Below are positions 45,850 to 59,052 of a stretch of DNA of 64,000 nt, in pieces. Both the position numbers and the translations under genes were made by a program. The notes beneath the pieces were generated by a model. That model was not told the origin of the DNA and did not search any database. It was given only the letters and a program-made list of their open reading frames with translations. Within the stretch, counting starts at the first letter, position 1. Each line of letters begins with the position of its first letter. This stretch comes from Schmidtea polychroa (lineage: Eukaryota). Location of the stretch: positions 82,336,001-82,400,000 of the forward strand of contig CM097885.1 of the NCBI GenBank assembly GCA_044892525.1. The letters run 5' to 3'.

Positions 45850-46903
45850 TTAAACCAACAAAAAATAATTATAAATTAAAATGAAGAGCTTTAAAATATA
45901 TTATGTTTAACACTAATAATAATAATTTGACATGTACTTTACAAAATATGTAATTTTTAACTTCAAAATCTCCTTTATCTTACCAATGTTTTTTTATATT
46001 AACAAATTTTAACACTACCTTTTTCCAAAAAAAGAAGTGATGTGCTGAAAATGTTTACAGGGGAAAAATTAGGCTATTATTATTGATTGAATGTACGTTT
46101 CTTTATTTTTAATGTATTTTGTGTTTATTACAAAGAAAAAATGAGTAGCAACAATAAATTAGAAAATTCTGTACCATATGATTTTGTTTTGTTTGTTTGA
46201 TAATAAGATTCTTTTAATTTTCTTTATTATCCTTAATTATTGTGGACAGAAATATACGCAACATTATGCACAAGTACTCTACATTATTTTAACTTTAATG
46301 GACACTGTCGGATTCATACACAGTCCTTGTAACAGCATTACATGCTTCCCTAATGGACATCATCTCGTGGCATAAGAAACTATATCGTAATGATACGTTT
46401 CATCAAATTCTGTCGGATATTGACCATTATAGTAAATGACCCTGTTGAAAAAATTCATTTGTTTGAATATTGTATTTTTTTGTGTGATTTCAATAGAAAT
46501 ATTCTTATTTAGTGATTATTGAATGGTGAGGGAATAATAGAAAAGATGAGTAATTTATTATTTAAATAATGAATTGCTTTTTTTAAAAAGAAACAAATTC
46601 CATATATAAGAAGAGTCCACTCTTATAATACCGAACAACGAAATAAGGTAATAACTGATTATATCATTGGTACTATGACGCTAATGATTCCCTATCTGAA
46701 GTTGTCACTTTTCTCCTTATCTGACTAAATGTGTTTACATGTCCAATATCAGGAAAAGATAAGCATTTACTGATGTGCAGTAGAAATTTATGGCAGAAGA
46801 AATATGTGCGTGACATCATAGACATTGATGTACTGGTGGATTTCATCACACTAATGGCAAATATTTATGTCTACTTGATGAAATTTTTGATTTTTATTTA
46901 GAT

Positions 46904-47475
46904 TGTCGAGACATTATCAGTGACAAGATCAAGTTCAACAGAATTTGTCTATGGAATCAGATTCAGCGTTTTCCAGTAGATCTTGTCTATAAGGGTGGAT
47001 TTACTCGCTAACACAGAGTAGGCAAATTCGCATTTCGTACGTATTAAATTTACTCGTTGATTTCCTATACTAGACTGTGGAGTAGGGTACTCTAATAACC
47101 TCATTCTACCACTACGAATTCGGATTTCCTAGAAGTGCCTAACTGAGAAAATGAAGCTGGAATTCCAAAGATTAGCAACGATGCTCAATTGGCGGAAATT
47201 TCGATCTTTCTTGCGGAATTTTTCAAATCTGTATGTTCGATCGCAACTAAATGAAACCTCTGGATTTTTACTGTTCGCTCTCCTTATCTCGACTCGGAGT
47301 TTCTCCACTCCCCACGACACACCCAAGAGTCACAGGCATCGCTACCCACCACTCGCACCATCATGGGGGACAGTTCAGCTCCACATAATTCAAATTCAAA
47401 AATAAAAGAAATATAATTCGTATTAATAATTCAGCAATATAACACAATAAAAATAAATTACCTGGCGACCATGCC
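46904..47475 (+). mobile_element. Possible LTR followed by a PBS-like TGGCGACCATG at 47463
   Basis: TGT start, GC-richer body, AATAAA-like signals, then TGGCGACC. No partner LTR or TSD found. Confidence 0.3.
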
Positions 47476-50400
47476 ATTTGGATCTCTCAATCATGATGTC
47501 TCTGCCAACTTCCCATCCATCTATCAAAATATAACACCATTCCACCTCTATCTCGGGTGAGGACTACATTTACTTTCAACAAATCCTTATTCATGGTTTT
47601 TTTCAAGTTCTGGTGGATAAATATTCCTCGCAAAATCATCGATTCCATCATCCATTCGATAATACTGTCCTTTGGAATCTTCCGTGCATGGGAAACTCTG
47701 TTCGGCATTTCTCGGCATCATGACTGAAAACCCCAGACAGCACCATCGCCCGTACCGTGAAGAAGTAAGTATTTGAGATTTTTATGAAAATTTTATTAAA
47801 TTAAATAGTTTGGAAATATTACTATATACGTTAATAACTAAATACAAGCACAAACAAAATGAATTCAAACCATACTTGGATTTTCAAAACACAATTAATG
47901 GATAAAGTTGAATCGGTATGAGTGGGTGTCCTCTGAAGATAATCTCCTCCGTATAATGAATTCTGATAGACAGATAGTAGTCGCGATTCTTTCTAACTGA
48001 ATGTTTCTATGATGTGGCTATGTTATGGTCGAGTCGGTAAGTCTGTGATAATTTTTGTAAAGTGATCGATAGTAATTATGAGAAAATTTTACCTGTGATA
48101 ATTATGTAAAGTGGTGATCGACTAATTTAAGCGTTGCTTTATATATTAATTTTGGTCCAATCAGGACGAAGTTGTGGTGTACTTTTATTAATTATTGTTG
48201 TTTTATGATTTTTTATTGTTTTTTAATAAATTTTATTTATCGTTATTTTATTGTTGTTATTATTTTATTAAGAAGGTTTTTTTTTCCTATTTTTTCTGCG
48301 AATTTTTGTTGTCTCTTTTTAATGTAATATTTTGTTTTAGTTCTCTGTACAAGTTCTGTTAAAGAATTGTTTTATTTTTACCTTTTATTTCCCTATATTT
48401 TATTACATTATTTTTTCTTCCTTTAGTGGATACCTTGTTTCCTATAATTATTCTTATTTCTAATGATTTTTATTATTTATTTCGGTTTCTTCTAGTGGGT
48501 TTTCTTAGGTTTATTATTATGTTGGTTAGATTCGGTTTGGGTTATCTTACTTATTTACTTTATTTTTATGTGGTTTCCTCTTTCATACCCGATTCAACTT
48601 TATCGAAATTTATACATTTGAAATTTAGCCTAACACAAAGATTGAAATAAAACAGACATCAATAGAACACCAGACTATTGATCAACAAATAGAGGCAACA
48701 GAAACCTTACAGACTATAACAAAATAACCATTAACCAAATCCTTCAATGTTTCTCTGAAAGATATCTGAAAATCCTAAAACTGAAAAGAAGGCATAGAGC
48801 AGAACGATACACACAAACCAAATGCTCAAATCAAATCCAAAGAATGTGCACAATCACCCCAGGTATGGCGATCAGAGAGATAGATATATTACTTGAACCT
48901 GATATAGACCTAACAGCTGCAAAAATGAACTCCCACGTCCAGATCCACTCCTCTACAAATAAACGAATAAATATAACCTATCAAAAATGCACTTTAGTGG
49001 GATACCAATAACTGAATAACACCAGTTTGCATCATGAATGATATTAATGACATAGTACCTTAAGGCAATGGAAAGAATGGATGAAATTCGAAGTTTCATG
49101 CTTAGTAATGTGAGGTGTGATTAAGATACCTAGAATTAGACCGTACTCGAATTTGACCTTAGTGTTAGATGATGAGGGTAGACCCATCACTACATTCACC
49201 TTAGATAAATATTATAGAATAGGACCAGGCAAGTACAGGGTTAACGTGTACGCCAATAAATAATATCTTCTCGTGGACCTCCATTTCTGCAATCCGGACC
49301 GACAGCTCAAACAATCCAATCCCCCGAACAAGAGCCAATGATTAAACAATAACTTTCAAAACTTCATAATGATCCATTTTTCTTATTGAACTGTATATAC
49401 AATTTGAACTTTAAATTTAATGTTTATGCCATCTGTATAATAGCTAGATATTTTTATGAACTTTGTCGAATTTTAATTGAATTGGTATATTTTAATTTTT
49501 ATTGAATTTTTATGTCATTTTAAATTTTTATTGTAAACACAAATAAAAATAAGGGGTAAAGTATTTAAAAGAAATTAATTTAATAAAAAATAATTTAAGC
49601 ATTAATAATTTTTAATGTCAACGTTAATTTTTAATTAAGCATTCAATCTAATTTAAAGTTAATTTTATTTCAATTAATCTGACTAGATTAAAATAAATAA
49701 AATTAATTGATTTGTATGCGTAAAATTTAGTGTATAAGCGACCATTAAAATCAGTTTATTCGCCCAAAAATTCTAACCGATTTTCTGCAGTCTAAAAAGG
49801 ATAATCCTCATTAGACTTAAAAATAAGACAGATAAAAAAGTCTCAGGCGAATTTTGCATTCAACATGCAAAACAACCCGCACCTATTTGAGATAGAAAGT
49901 TCAAAAGAAGAAAAAAGAAAAACACAAATCTTGTTGTAATTTTGAAAAGGTTAATTTCGTTTTTATAAATAAATTTTTGATAATCGGTCTTATTGTTATT
50001 TGGTCATTTATATAAGAACCAGTAAGTTGCGGTTTTCAAATAGTGAGACCTCAACATTAGTTTAGTAGTTATCTCCGACGTATACCATATTTTTAAAATC
50101 AGCGAACACGAATATGATGAGAATAAAAGTCTACAGGGAATTTAATAAATATCTAATTCCAATGGTTAAGACTGTCCACTAGGATTTTGTGAATTTAATC
50201 AGTGTGATTTTCCGGTCAAAAACTTTTTTTCATTTGAATAAATATAGCTCCATGAATTCCCGTGAAAAGGTAGCATTAAAATAAACAACCAATGCAATCA
50301 TTAGCCCACTACAAATGATGATTAGAACTAGAAAACATAAATGCGATCAGTAAAAAATATATAAGCGGATAGTTGATCCATTATCCAATTAAAAATGGTA

Positions 50401-52416
50401 GCAGAGCGTAGTTCCCTTCAGGGGATACGCACCAGGAAAGAGAACAATGGTGCAGTGGAGACAGCCCTGGCTGATCAATGGTCAATTTTATTTTGAATTT
50501 ATATATGTATTATTATTACTATATCCTACTAATTATAGTAATAATAATACATATGTAACTTACAACTTAGGCATTATTATTGATTTCATAATTATTAATA
50601 TTATCAAAAAGCCACATTATAATTCATAAGTTTATTATTAGTCATAGGTATAATACTCACAGGAGAAACCTTTATAATCTTCGCATTTGCATAATTAACA
50701 TTACACAAAGAAATTACAAAATTATGTCATAAATTAATTTGTAAGAAAAATTGAATAGGAGTGGTATACTGGGCATTTGCCAGTATATTTTATTATTATT
50801 TCAGTGAAAAACTTTTTTCACGATGAAAATTGAATTCAACGATTGTCACTCAATCATCAATTAAATACAAATAAATATACTGATTTACAGATGCATTTTA
50901 ACTACATATCTGAACTTATACCGTATTATGCTGAAAAATACTTTTCAGCTGTTATGATAATTTGGCAAGTTACATTCATTTCTATTTAAATTTTATTACC
51001 TTTAAAATGTGCTTCATTTGTTTCATCAACGTTGCATCCATAGAAATTTTTAAAACCAATTTATTTACATTTTCAGCACTATTATTCAATGACATGGATG
51101 TCGATTGTGAATGAAGTACATATTCGTCAAAAAACCCATGCTTGAAAGATGGTCATTGGTGAAAATGTCCCATTAAATTCATTATTAACGGCGTATTCTC
51201 CATAAGTCATTTTTTTCTATATATTGGCCCTTGAAATTTATTTTGATCAACTAAAGAGTAATGATTCTCAAACCACCTAGCATTTGTACTTACCTTACAA
51301 CGAATTTTCGGTATTAATATTAAATATTTAATAAAAATTAACTTTAAAATTAACTAAAATGGCAGTTAGGCATTCATTACGTTTTAACAAAAAATAACTA
51401 ATGCCATTAATAATAATCAAAAAACTAACCTCATAATGAACATGGAACAAAGCTGAATGCCTTTTCCTATTAAAGTATTTGTAATTGGTATCAATTTAGC
51501 ATCAAAATTGCATTCGAATTTCGTTTTAAACTATTCAAATAAATTGATAGAGATAGTAAACACCAAAATAAACAAACAATTGTATTTACCTCCATATTTG
51601 CAAAATATATACAATCGTACAATATTTACAGTAATTAATTTTAAAAAATTAAGTGATATTTTTCTTGTCCTGCTTAATTAAAAAACAAAAATTTAGTTGT
51701 ATAAAATAATTAACAATTTTATAATAGTAATTCAAATTTGAATTGATCTTGTAGAATTCCATATTTTTGTTCACATTCTATACACTCTGAACTATAAACA
51801 TAGTAATATTTCTTTAATCTAATCATATATTCGCTTATTGCTTTTTCACTATTAAATTTTGTGCAAACTTTTCTTGATGAAACGGTTTTCAAATTTCCAA
51901 ATTTTCAAAATTCCTAATAAACGCTGTTCTATATGCTTTTCTTCTCTTAACTTATTTTCTATACTTTCACATTTTTACACTTAACAACAAGAAAAGATTT
52001 TCCTTCTCTTTTAATTATTTTAAAAAATTCATTTGATTTTTCAATATTACATTTAGTACATATTTTAAAAGACATTTTTTAAAAACATCACTTTATTATG
52101 AATTTAGAAAACACTAGCATGTCATTTTTTAAAACACACTTAAGCCAATTTTACCAAAATAATTATATTTTGGAAGATAATGTTCTCCTTTATATTTAGC
52201 CCATGGAAATTCTGGTAATTTAGAACTCGCTCGTTATAAATCCTTATAAATCGTTATAAATTTCTATTTTATGAACATTGGTTTTTTGTGTGACTTTGAA
52301 ATATTTTTTTCACTAGGTTTGCAAAAATATATTTTTATACAAAGAATTTTATTTTTCCGAGAATATTTTACTTGGAATTATTTTTCTGAGAATAATTACC
52401 AAAGAATTCTCCAGAG

Positions 52417-54065
52417 CAGCGTTTCCCAAAGTTTTTTCACCACGGCACCCTTTCTACAAAAATCTTAGAATTTTAATATCGGGAATATTAATATGAGTTA
52501 TAGTATTACAGAAAATTATAGTATTTATTAAAAAAATAACAATCATACAAAAAATAAAATAAATTCATTCGATTGTTGATTAATAATATAAAAAAATAAA
52601 CTTATGAATGTTATTAGTGTGAAAAGTGTTGCTGTTTTTTTCTTGCAAATCCTTGTTATATCTGGTTTTATTGTTGATAATTGGATGCTCATATCTGCCG
52701 AGCAATTTAGTTTATTAAGATATTTTGTTTTCGTAGAAGTATTATAAGAAAATCTAATTTCGCAGAAATACGTAGTAGAAAATGGTAAAAGCACCCGTAT
52801 TGCTCGTTCAGCCAAAACTTTATGTTCTGAAATTAGATTTCCCCAAAATTTTGCCAGGTGGACAGTGTTGAAAATGTATTTTAATTGTTCGTCGGATTTT
52901 ATTTCAATCAAGTTCTCATATTCCGAGATTGATAAACAATCAAGTTTTTCGTTGATGATAAAGGGATTTTCAACCCACATGAATTCATTATTGGACGCAG
53001 GAATATATCTTTGAAGATTATCATATAATCCACATAAATTTTGGACAATATCAAGACCTATATCTTTATCCAGAAGACGATCATTTTCCATTAAAAAATC
53101 AGAAAGTGTTGAAAAGCAACTCACATTGTTAATTTCAACACAATTGATCCAAAACTCTAATTTTTGTGACAATGCCGATATTTTATATTTAACGCAAAAT
53201 ACTGTTACATTTTCCCCATGTAGAGAAAGGCTCATTTCATTTAACTTTGTGATATATGCAAGTCGCATCATGATGTGTGGTTTACCAGTGAGGGCTATAC
53301 GCTAGCTTACTTTGTATGCTTTTTCATTGTTTGTTTTTACAATTTTCAGTATGGATAACTTTGTTTTGTCCAATTCCTCAAGTTTTCGTTTAAAAAAATC
53401 TAATGGTTTATCTTTGTGGTCGGGATGATTCATTAACAGATGTCTTTTAAGTGTAGTTGGGGTAAGAGAAGCGTTCGACAATATTTTATTGAAAATAACA
53501 CACTGCGCTTTATGTGTGTCTGTATTTCCTATACCTGTAAACCCATACGACAAATAACTGATGTCATATTTTCGTTTTTTTATACACAAGATTGACTCAT
53601 TTGTTGGTTTTTTTAGCTGAGAATGATCACTTTGTAGAAGTGCTAAGCTTCGGTTCTTCAGAAATATCTTCAGTAGTAGGTGCACTTATTGAAGTCTTTT
53701 TATTTTTTAAAGTCCCTTGTTTTAACCAACGTTCCATCATCACACAAATTTGGGTTAACTATTCACAAAATTTATCGATAAAAAAATACTCATAGGCTTA
53801 TTTTCAAAAATTGAAAAAATAACTTACCTTTTTATCATATATTATTAAAACAAATTTTAAATTCGTATTTTTAATGCGTATTTTAAAACAATATAATTAA
53901 AAACTCTGTGGTTTCCCTTTGAAAAAGAATTTTAAATTGGATCGAATAAAATCAAGAATTATTTATTAATTTTTATTTATAAATCCTTTTTTTATAAATT
54001 ATTTTTTACAAAAAGTTCGCGGAACCCCTGCTATCAATCCACGGAACCCACTTTGGGAAACGCGG
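52417..54065 (-). mobile_element. hAT transposon (Buster/Charlie type), catalytic core deleted
   Basis: TIRs CAGCGTTTCCCAAAGT / ACTTTGGGAAACGCGG. 8-bp TSD CTCCAGAG / CTCCTGAG (1 mismatch). N-terminal KKRKYDISYLSYGF…LKRHL…GKPH is fused to C-terminal RLAY…LNEMSLSLHG…PFSTTYFCE. Confidence 0.9.
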
Positions 54066-54673
54066 CTCCTGAGTAATGTAGAAAAACCAATTCTTTCCGC
54101 AGTTCACATTATTTTACCAAACTTAGTAACTTTTGCCGCCAAGTATTTTTTTAAACTTGCATGTTAGTAAACTACTTGGTTCAAAGTTTGACCAATTTCT
54201 ATTTTTACCTGTTGGAGTTTGAAATTTGAAAAACTAACTGGGTTTGAAATTTTGTAGATTTTTTCCAAGGTGACTTGTTTGAAAACAACTTTTTTATAAA
54301 TCTCAACCCCTCCTGGTCATGGGTGCACTGGGGAAAGAATGGGTCTTTCTACACTACTAATGATTAGTGGTAATAATATTGTGACTATTGCTATTTAAAA
54401 TTTGATTTCTTTTTATTTCTGTTGCATGTAGTGAGTTTGACACTATTGCGAAATAGTGTTGAACTGCAAGATTGTTACACAACACTTAAGTCAACACTTC
54501 TCAGTGTTATATTACATATTACGTTGAGGTAATTTCAATTCAATATAATAATTTGTGTAATTAATTATATTAATTAAAGTTCATGCTCAATTTATTTCGA
54601 TTTGTTCATTGCAGCAATTAACCCTGGAGCTACTCAAATCTCACTGCTTTGGATCCTAATGTTTAAATAAAGG

Positions 54674-55326
54674 TAAGATGACCAGACGTCCCGCTTTTGG
54701 TGGGACAGTCCCGATTTTTCACGATTTATCCCGCGCCCCGCAACGTTTTTCAAAAGTCCCGACTTTTAGAATTAAGTTAAATTTTATATTTATGAAAATC
54801 ATTGTTTTGCATTCTAAGAATCCTACGGACTACTAAGACTAACACATTGCTTTTCTTACCCAGTTACATTGTATTTGTTTCTCAGATGATACACTTTGTG
54901 TTCGTACTGTGTGCTAGGAAGCTAATTAAACAAATAAATATTACAAATCTGCTACTTACCATAAATTAAGGTAAGTTATTTATTTATATATATATTTCAT
55001 AAATACATAAATTTTCTTAAACTTAGCTTAAATACTCGTAGTTTTCAATTTTATATTGATAACAAAAAGTATATCACTGACCGTAATCTTAAAGGAAATT
55101 TTAGAAAGAAATATAAAAATAAAATTTTGCAAATATTTTAAGTTTATCAAACTAATAAGATATCAAAGGAATAAAATATTATACAATTTTTTATATTTAT
55201 AAATTGTACTTATGTTAAAAATCAAAAAATATTACCATATTATTTTTATTCTATATGAAAATATTTGTTGATACCCCCCTCCTTCAAAGTTGTCCGCTTT
55301 GCCCATCTAAAAATCTGGTCATCTTA
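54674..55326. mobile_element. hAT (Tip100-like) MITE, 653 bp
   Basis: 13-bp TIR TAAGATGACCAGA / TCTGGTCATCTTA; perfect 8-bp TSD AATAAAGG. Confidence 0.88.
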
Positions 55327-57770
55327 AATAAAGGATATGTGGAGTAAGAAATAGATATTATGTTGACAAAATCTTAATTTCTTAACAATGAAGGTCAAAC
55401 ATGACATACTAAGCAACTGTATTCTGGCTTGACTGATGAAATACAATCAATCAAAAAATTAATTATTTTAAAACTTTCTCCTTATGGTTGGCCATATAAC
55501 CAAACTAAGCGGCTCTGTTGAAATTGCAGTTTAATCTGCAAAATGTGATGTCAAATTAAAATAAAGAAATAACATTCATTCAAATAGATCTTATAAATCG
55601 CCCCTCAAATAACCGGAAAAGGTTATACATCCAAGGATGGACATTTGTCGCCTACACAATTCAGATGGACTGGTTCAATTTCCGTTAATGTTTGTCACCT
55701 CAATTCACGCATGATTAAACCGGGTGAATCAACTGAAATTTATTATTAAAAAATGCACTTTTACTGAACGTGGACTATCAAATCGAGTCAACGGAGAACC
55801 AAACATTGGCCTGTTTTGTCATTTGTTATTGATAATAAATAGAAAAGTAAATATTTATCAAATCAAAATTGATTTCTCATGTTAATCTTGAAATTATATT
55901 TGAGATTAAATCATGCGTTACAAATATTTCGAATTTTATAATTTACAATATCTTAAAATGCGTTTTCGTGCGACCTTCTATTTAATTTCTTATTAATTCT
56001 TTTACTTTTTTTGAAATTGTTTTAAGCAATAAACTATATTTTTCTTTAGTGAATACATTTACATATTTATTGTTTTTAATGAATTCAAGAGTAAAATCTT
56101 ACATGCAGTTTTGTGTAAAACATTACTTGGTTATATTATTATTATTATTATTATTGGCATTGTATTTTTAAAAAAATTGACTATGAATCAGTAAAGATAT
56201 CGATGTTTAATCGAAAAAGAAAATAATAATGTCGGAGTCTATTAAGAAAAGTAACTGAGAAAGTTTAAAAAAAGCGTGACAACAATAAGAAGTGACAAAC
56301 AATAGAATTATTAATTATGAACTTTGATGCAAGTAAATAAAACTTGAATAACAATCAGAAAAATTAATTAGTTAAATTAATTAGTTACATCATTATGGAC
56401 AAAGGAGACTAGAGAAGATTATGGAATTTGAGATTTGACCATTAATTAAGCAAATAACTGGCATTGAATGAAAAAAGAGAATTTAGAAAAATTGGTTTCA
56501 GATTCAATTAAAGTAAAAAGGAGATAGGGTTAAGGTTTATTTATAAAGTATAACAATGTTTTGTGTGGAAACTAAAAATGAGAACACTATTGATATTCTG
56601 TGTGCAAAATCTTCATATACAGGTTTTCATGGAATAAAATTTTCTATAATACAGATTTGTGTGCAAATCTATAGATGACTCATAAAATTTATAATCAATT
56701 ATTTTTATTAAATTTTTGAATTTTTTTTTGAATTTTTTACAATTTGAAATGAGCTTTAATAATTCTTCATTTAAATTTGATGTTTTTATAGTATTTTGTA
56801 TTATTATTTTATATTATTAGTCACATATTTTTATTTTATTTTCATCCAATTCGGGTAAAAATGGCGAATATATATTAAAAAATGTTTTTAGGTTTTTCAT
56901 TGTCTTTTAAAGTTTCCTCAATTTGTAAATTAGAGATGATTGAAGACTTTGCTATTCATATTGACCGATTAAGATGAAATCAGTCTTCAACGTTTACTGT
57001 TTTTTCTTTTTATTTTCTCAAAAACTCATTTTTTAAAAATTTTTATTTCTGCAGTGTCTTCGGCATTGAATTCGTAATTTTAATGTGCCAGTTTCTTAAA
57101 ATAATAAAATTAAAAAAAATATTTTATTCCATAAAAGATTTCTACATATCAAAAGTTTATATGCATTTGAGCTGTGTTGTGAATGTGAGTTCAATTTATT
57201 TTTCTTACTACTTTCCAATTTCCATATAAGTTTTAATTCCATGAAAAATTAAAATTCAACACACAAGTAAGTTTGGGTGTTTCGATAATATAATTTGATT
57301 GGTTATTTTAATATTATTGATGTTTTTATTCCATGAAAACAGGTGCATCTAGTAATAAACTGATCAATTATTAATATTTCTAACTGGATTGAATTTAGTT
57401 GACCAAACCTTTAAATGAATCACCAAGTTAGAAGGAGACCAGGAATCAAATATTTATCAACCAATTTCTTTATAATAGACAATCTATTTTTGATAGAAAA
57501 TAATTGTAGGCTTCAAAGTTTTCGTTGCACTCAAAAACCGTACAAATTATATTGGAAAGAATTATGGACGTATTCCTACAAATCTTTACACTCGTCCATA
57601 TTCCATATTACAATGGATCTATTTCCCCTGAATTTTTCCAAGTTTTGATGTTTAATACAAAATTAAAAAAATAATTTTTTAATGAAAATTTTAATGTCAA
57701 TTTTAATTTCCTCTTACCCGGTTTCAGTGACCCAATTGTATGAAAATAGTGAAAATTACAAAAAAAAATA

Positions 57771-58337
57771 CTCCCTCCGTCCGGAAATATGGTATACATT
57801 TGAGCGATTTTTGTTGTCCGGAAATATGGTATACATTTGCGAAAAAATAAAATAAATCAAAAAATGTACATGACAAGTTTACCTTTATTTGAAACATTTT
57901 AATAAATATTAATGTAAATATTAAATAAAATTTAAAAAAATAAATATTAATATTAATAAGTTCACTCGAAATTTGATTTGGCTTTATTGTATGCTTCTTT
58001 AGAACATACATATTTTTCTAGCAGTCGACCTTCGCGACGAAGTTTTCCTTTACTTAAATGATATATTTTGAATCTCTTCTTTCTAAATTTAACAAATTTC
58101 CTTCCACATTTTCCATATTCGTCTTGCAGCGGTACTAATTTTATCTACCTCAAGAAACACTGATGTTTGAGCGCTAAGTTTTTAACTAAGAATGATATTA
58201 CTTAAGTCAAATATTTTAGGTTATATTGTCATGAATATTTACTATGACAATGTCATGACAGTTGCCTATTTATTTTTATATTCACGATAATCTACGATTT
58301 TTGTTGAAATGTATACCATATTACCGGACGGAGGGAG
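57771..58337. mobile_element. Tc1/mariner MITE with Stowaway-like TIRs, 567 bp
   Basis: 31-bp TIR CTCCCTCCGTCCGG(A/T)AATATGGTATACATTT; TA TSD on both sides. Confidence 0.9.
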
Positions 58338-59052
58338 TACAAAAATAAAATTACAAATATTATATACTGGAAAATCATGAAATTTTCATACAACTTAAAA
58401 AAATAATTATTATAATTAATAATTATAATTATTATTATAATAATTTTAATTTGTTACGGGGAAAAATAAAAACACTGGATTCAGTTTAGAAAAATGTACT
58501 AAATTGAAAAAACCGTAAATTTGGCTGGTAAATATTTTTATAAATAAATAATTGAATCGCTATCAATGTTTATAATATTTGAGTGATAAGGTTTCAAGCG
58601 CACCCCCGAGGTCATCAGCATAACCTCTCTGATCATTAATGTGTTTATTTTCAATATTTATTTGCTAGCAAGGATTCGCGACATCATATCAGGAATAATA
58701 CTTGAGATAAATGAACATAAATGTATAAAAATGAAGGAAACGTGTACAGCTCCATGTTGTTAAAACCAATGTTCCCACCTCTTGAACTTACCCTTACCAT
58801 AAATCACGTATCCTCGGTATGGTTTCAGATCAAATTAATCTGCGAGTTAATCGCGTCCATTTATTAGTAGTACATTGTAATCATTCTTATACATTTATTG
58901 ACTAACAACTGTTTATGCCAAGTTATGAATGAATGTAGTAACGGAGCGTCTATAAACACCACAATACTTACTAGTCCGGATGTTTAGACCATAGTATATG
59001 GCCATATAAACATAACTAACGTCACCTTAGCTTATTCCACAATTTCAACTGA

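Noticed and set aside
48650-49400. Degenerate coding-like stretch (possible retroelement remnant); similar cases at 2073-2388 and 41918-42330
   Set aside because: Multiple stops or no start, and no recognisable motif, so no family could be assigned.
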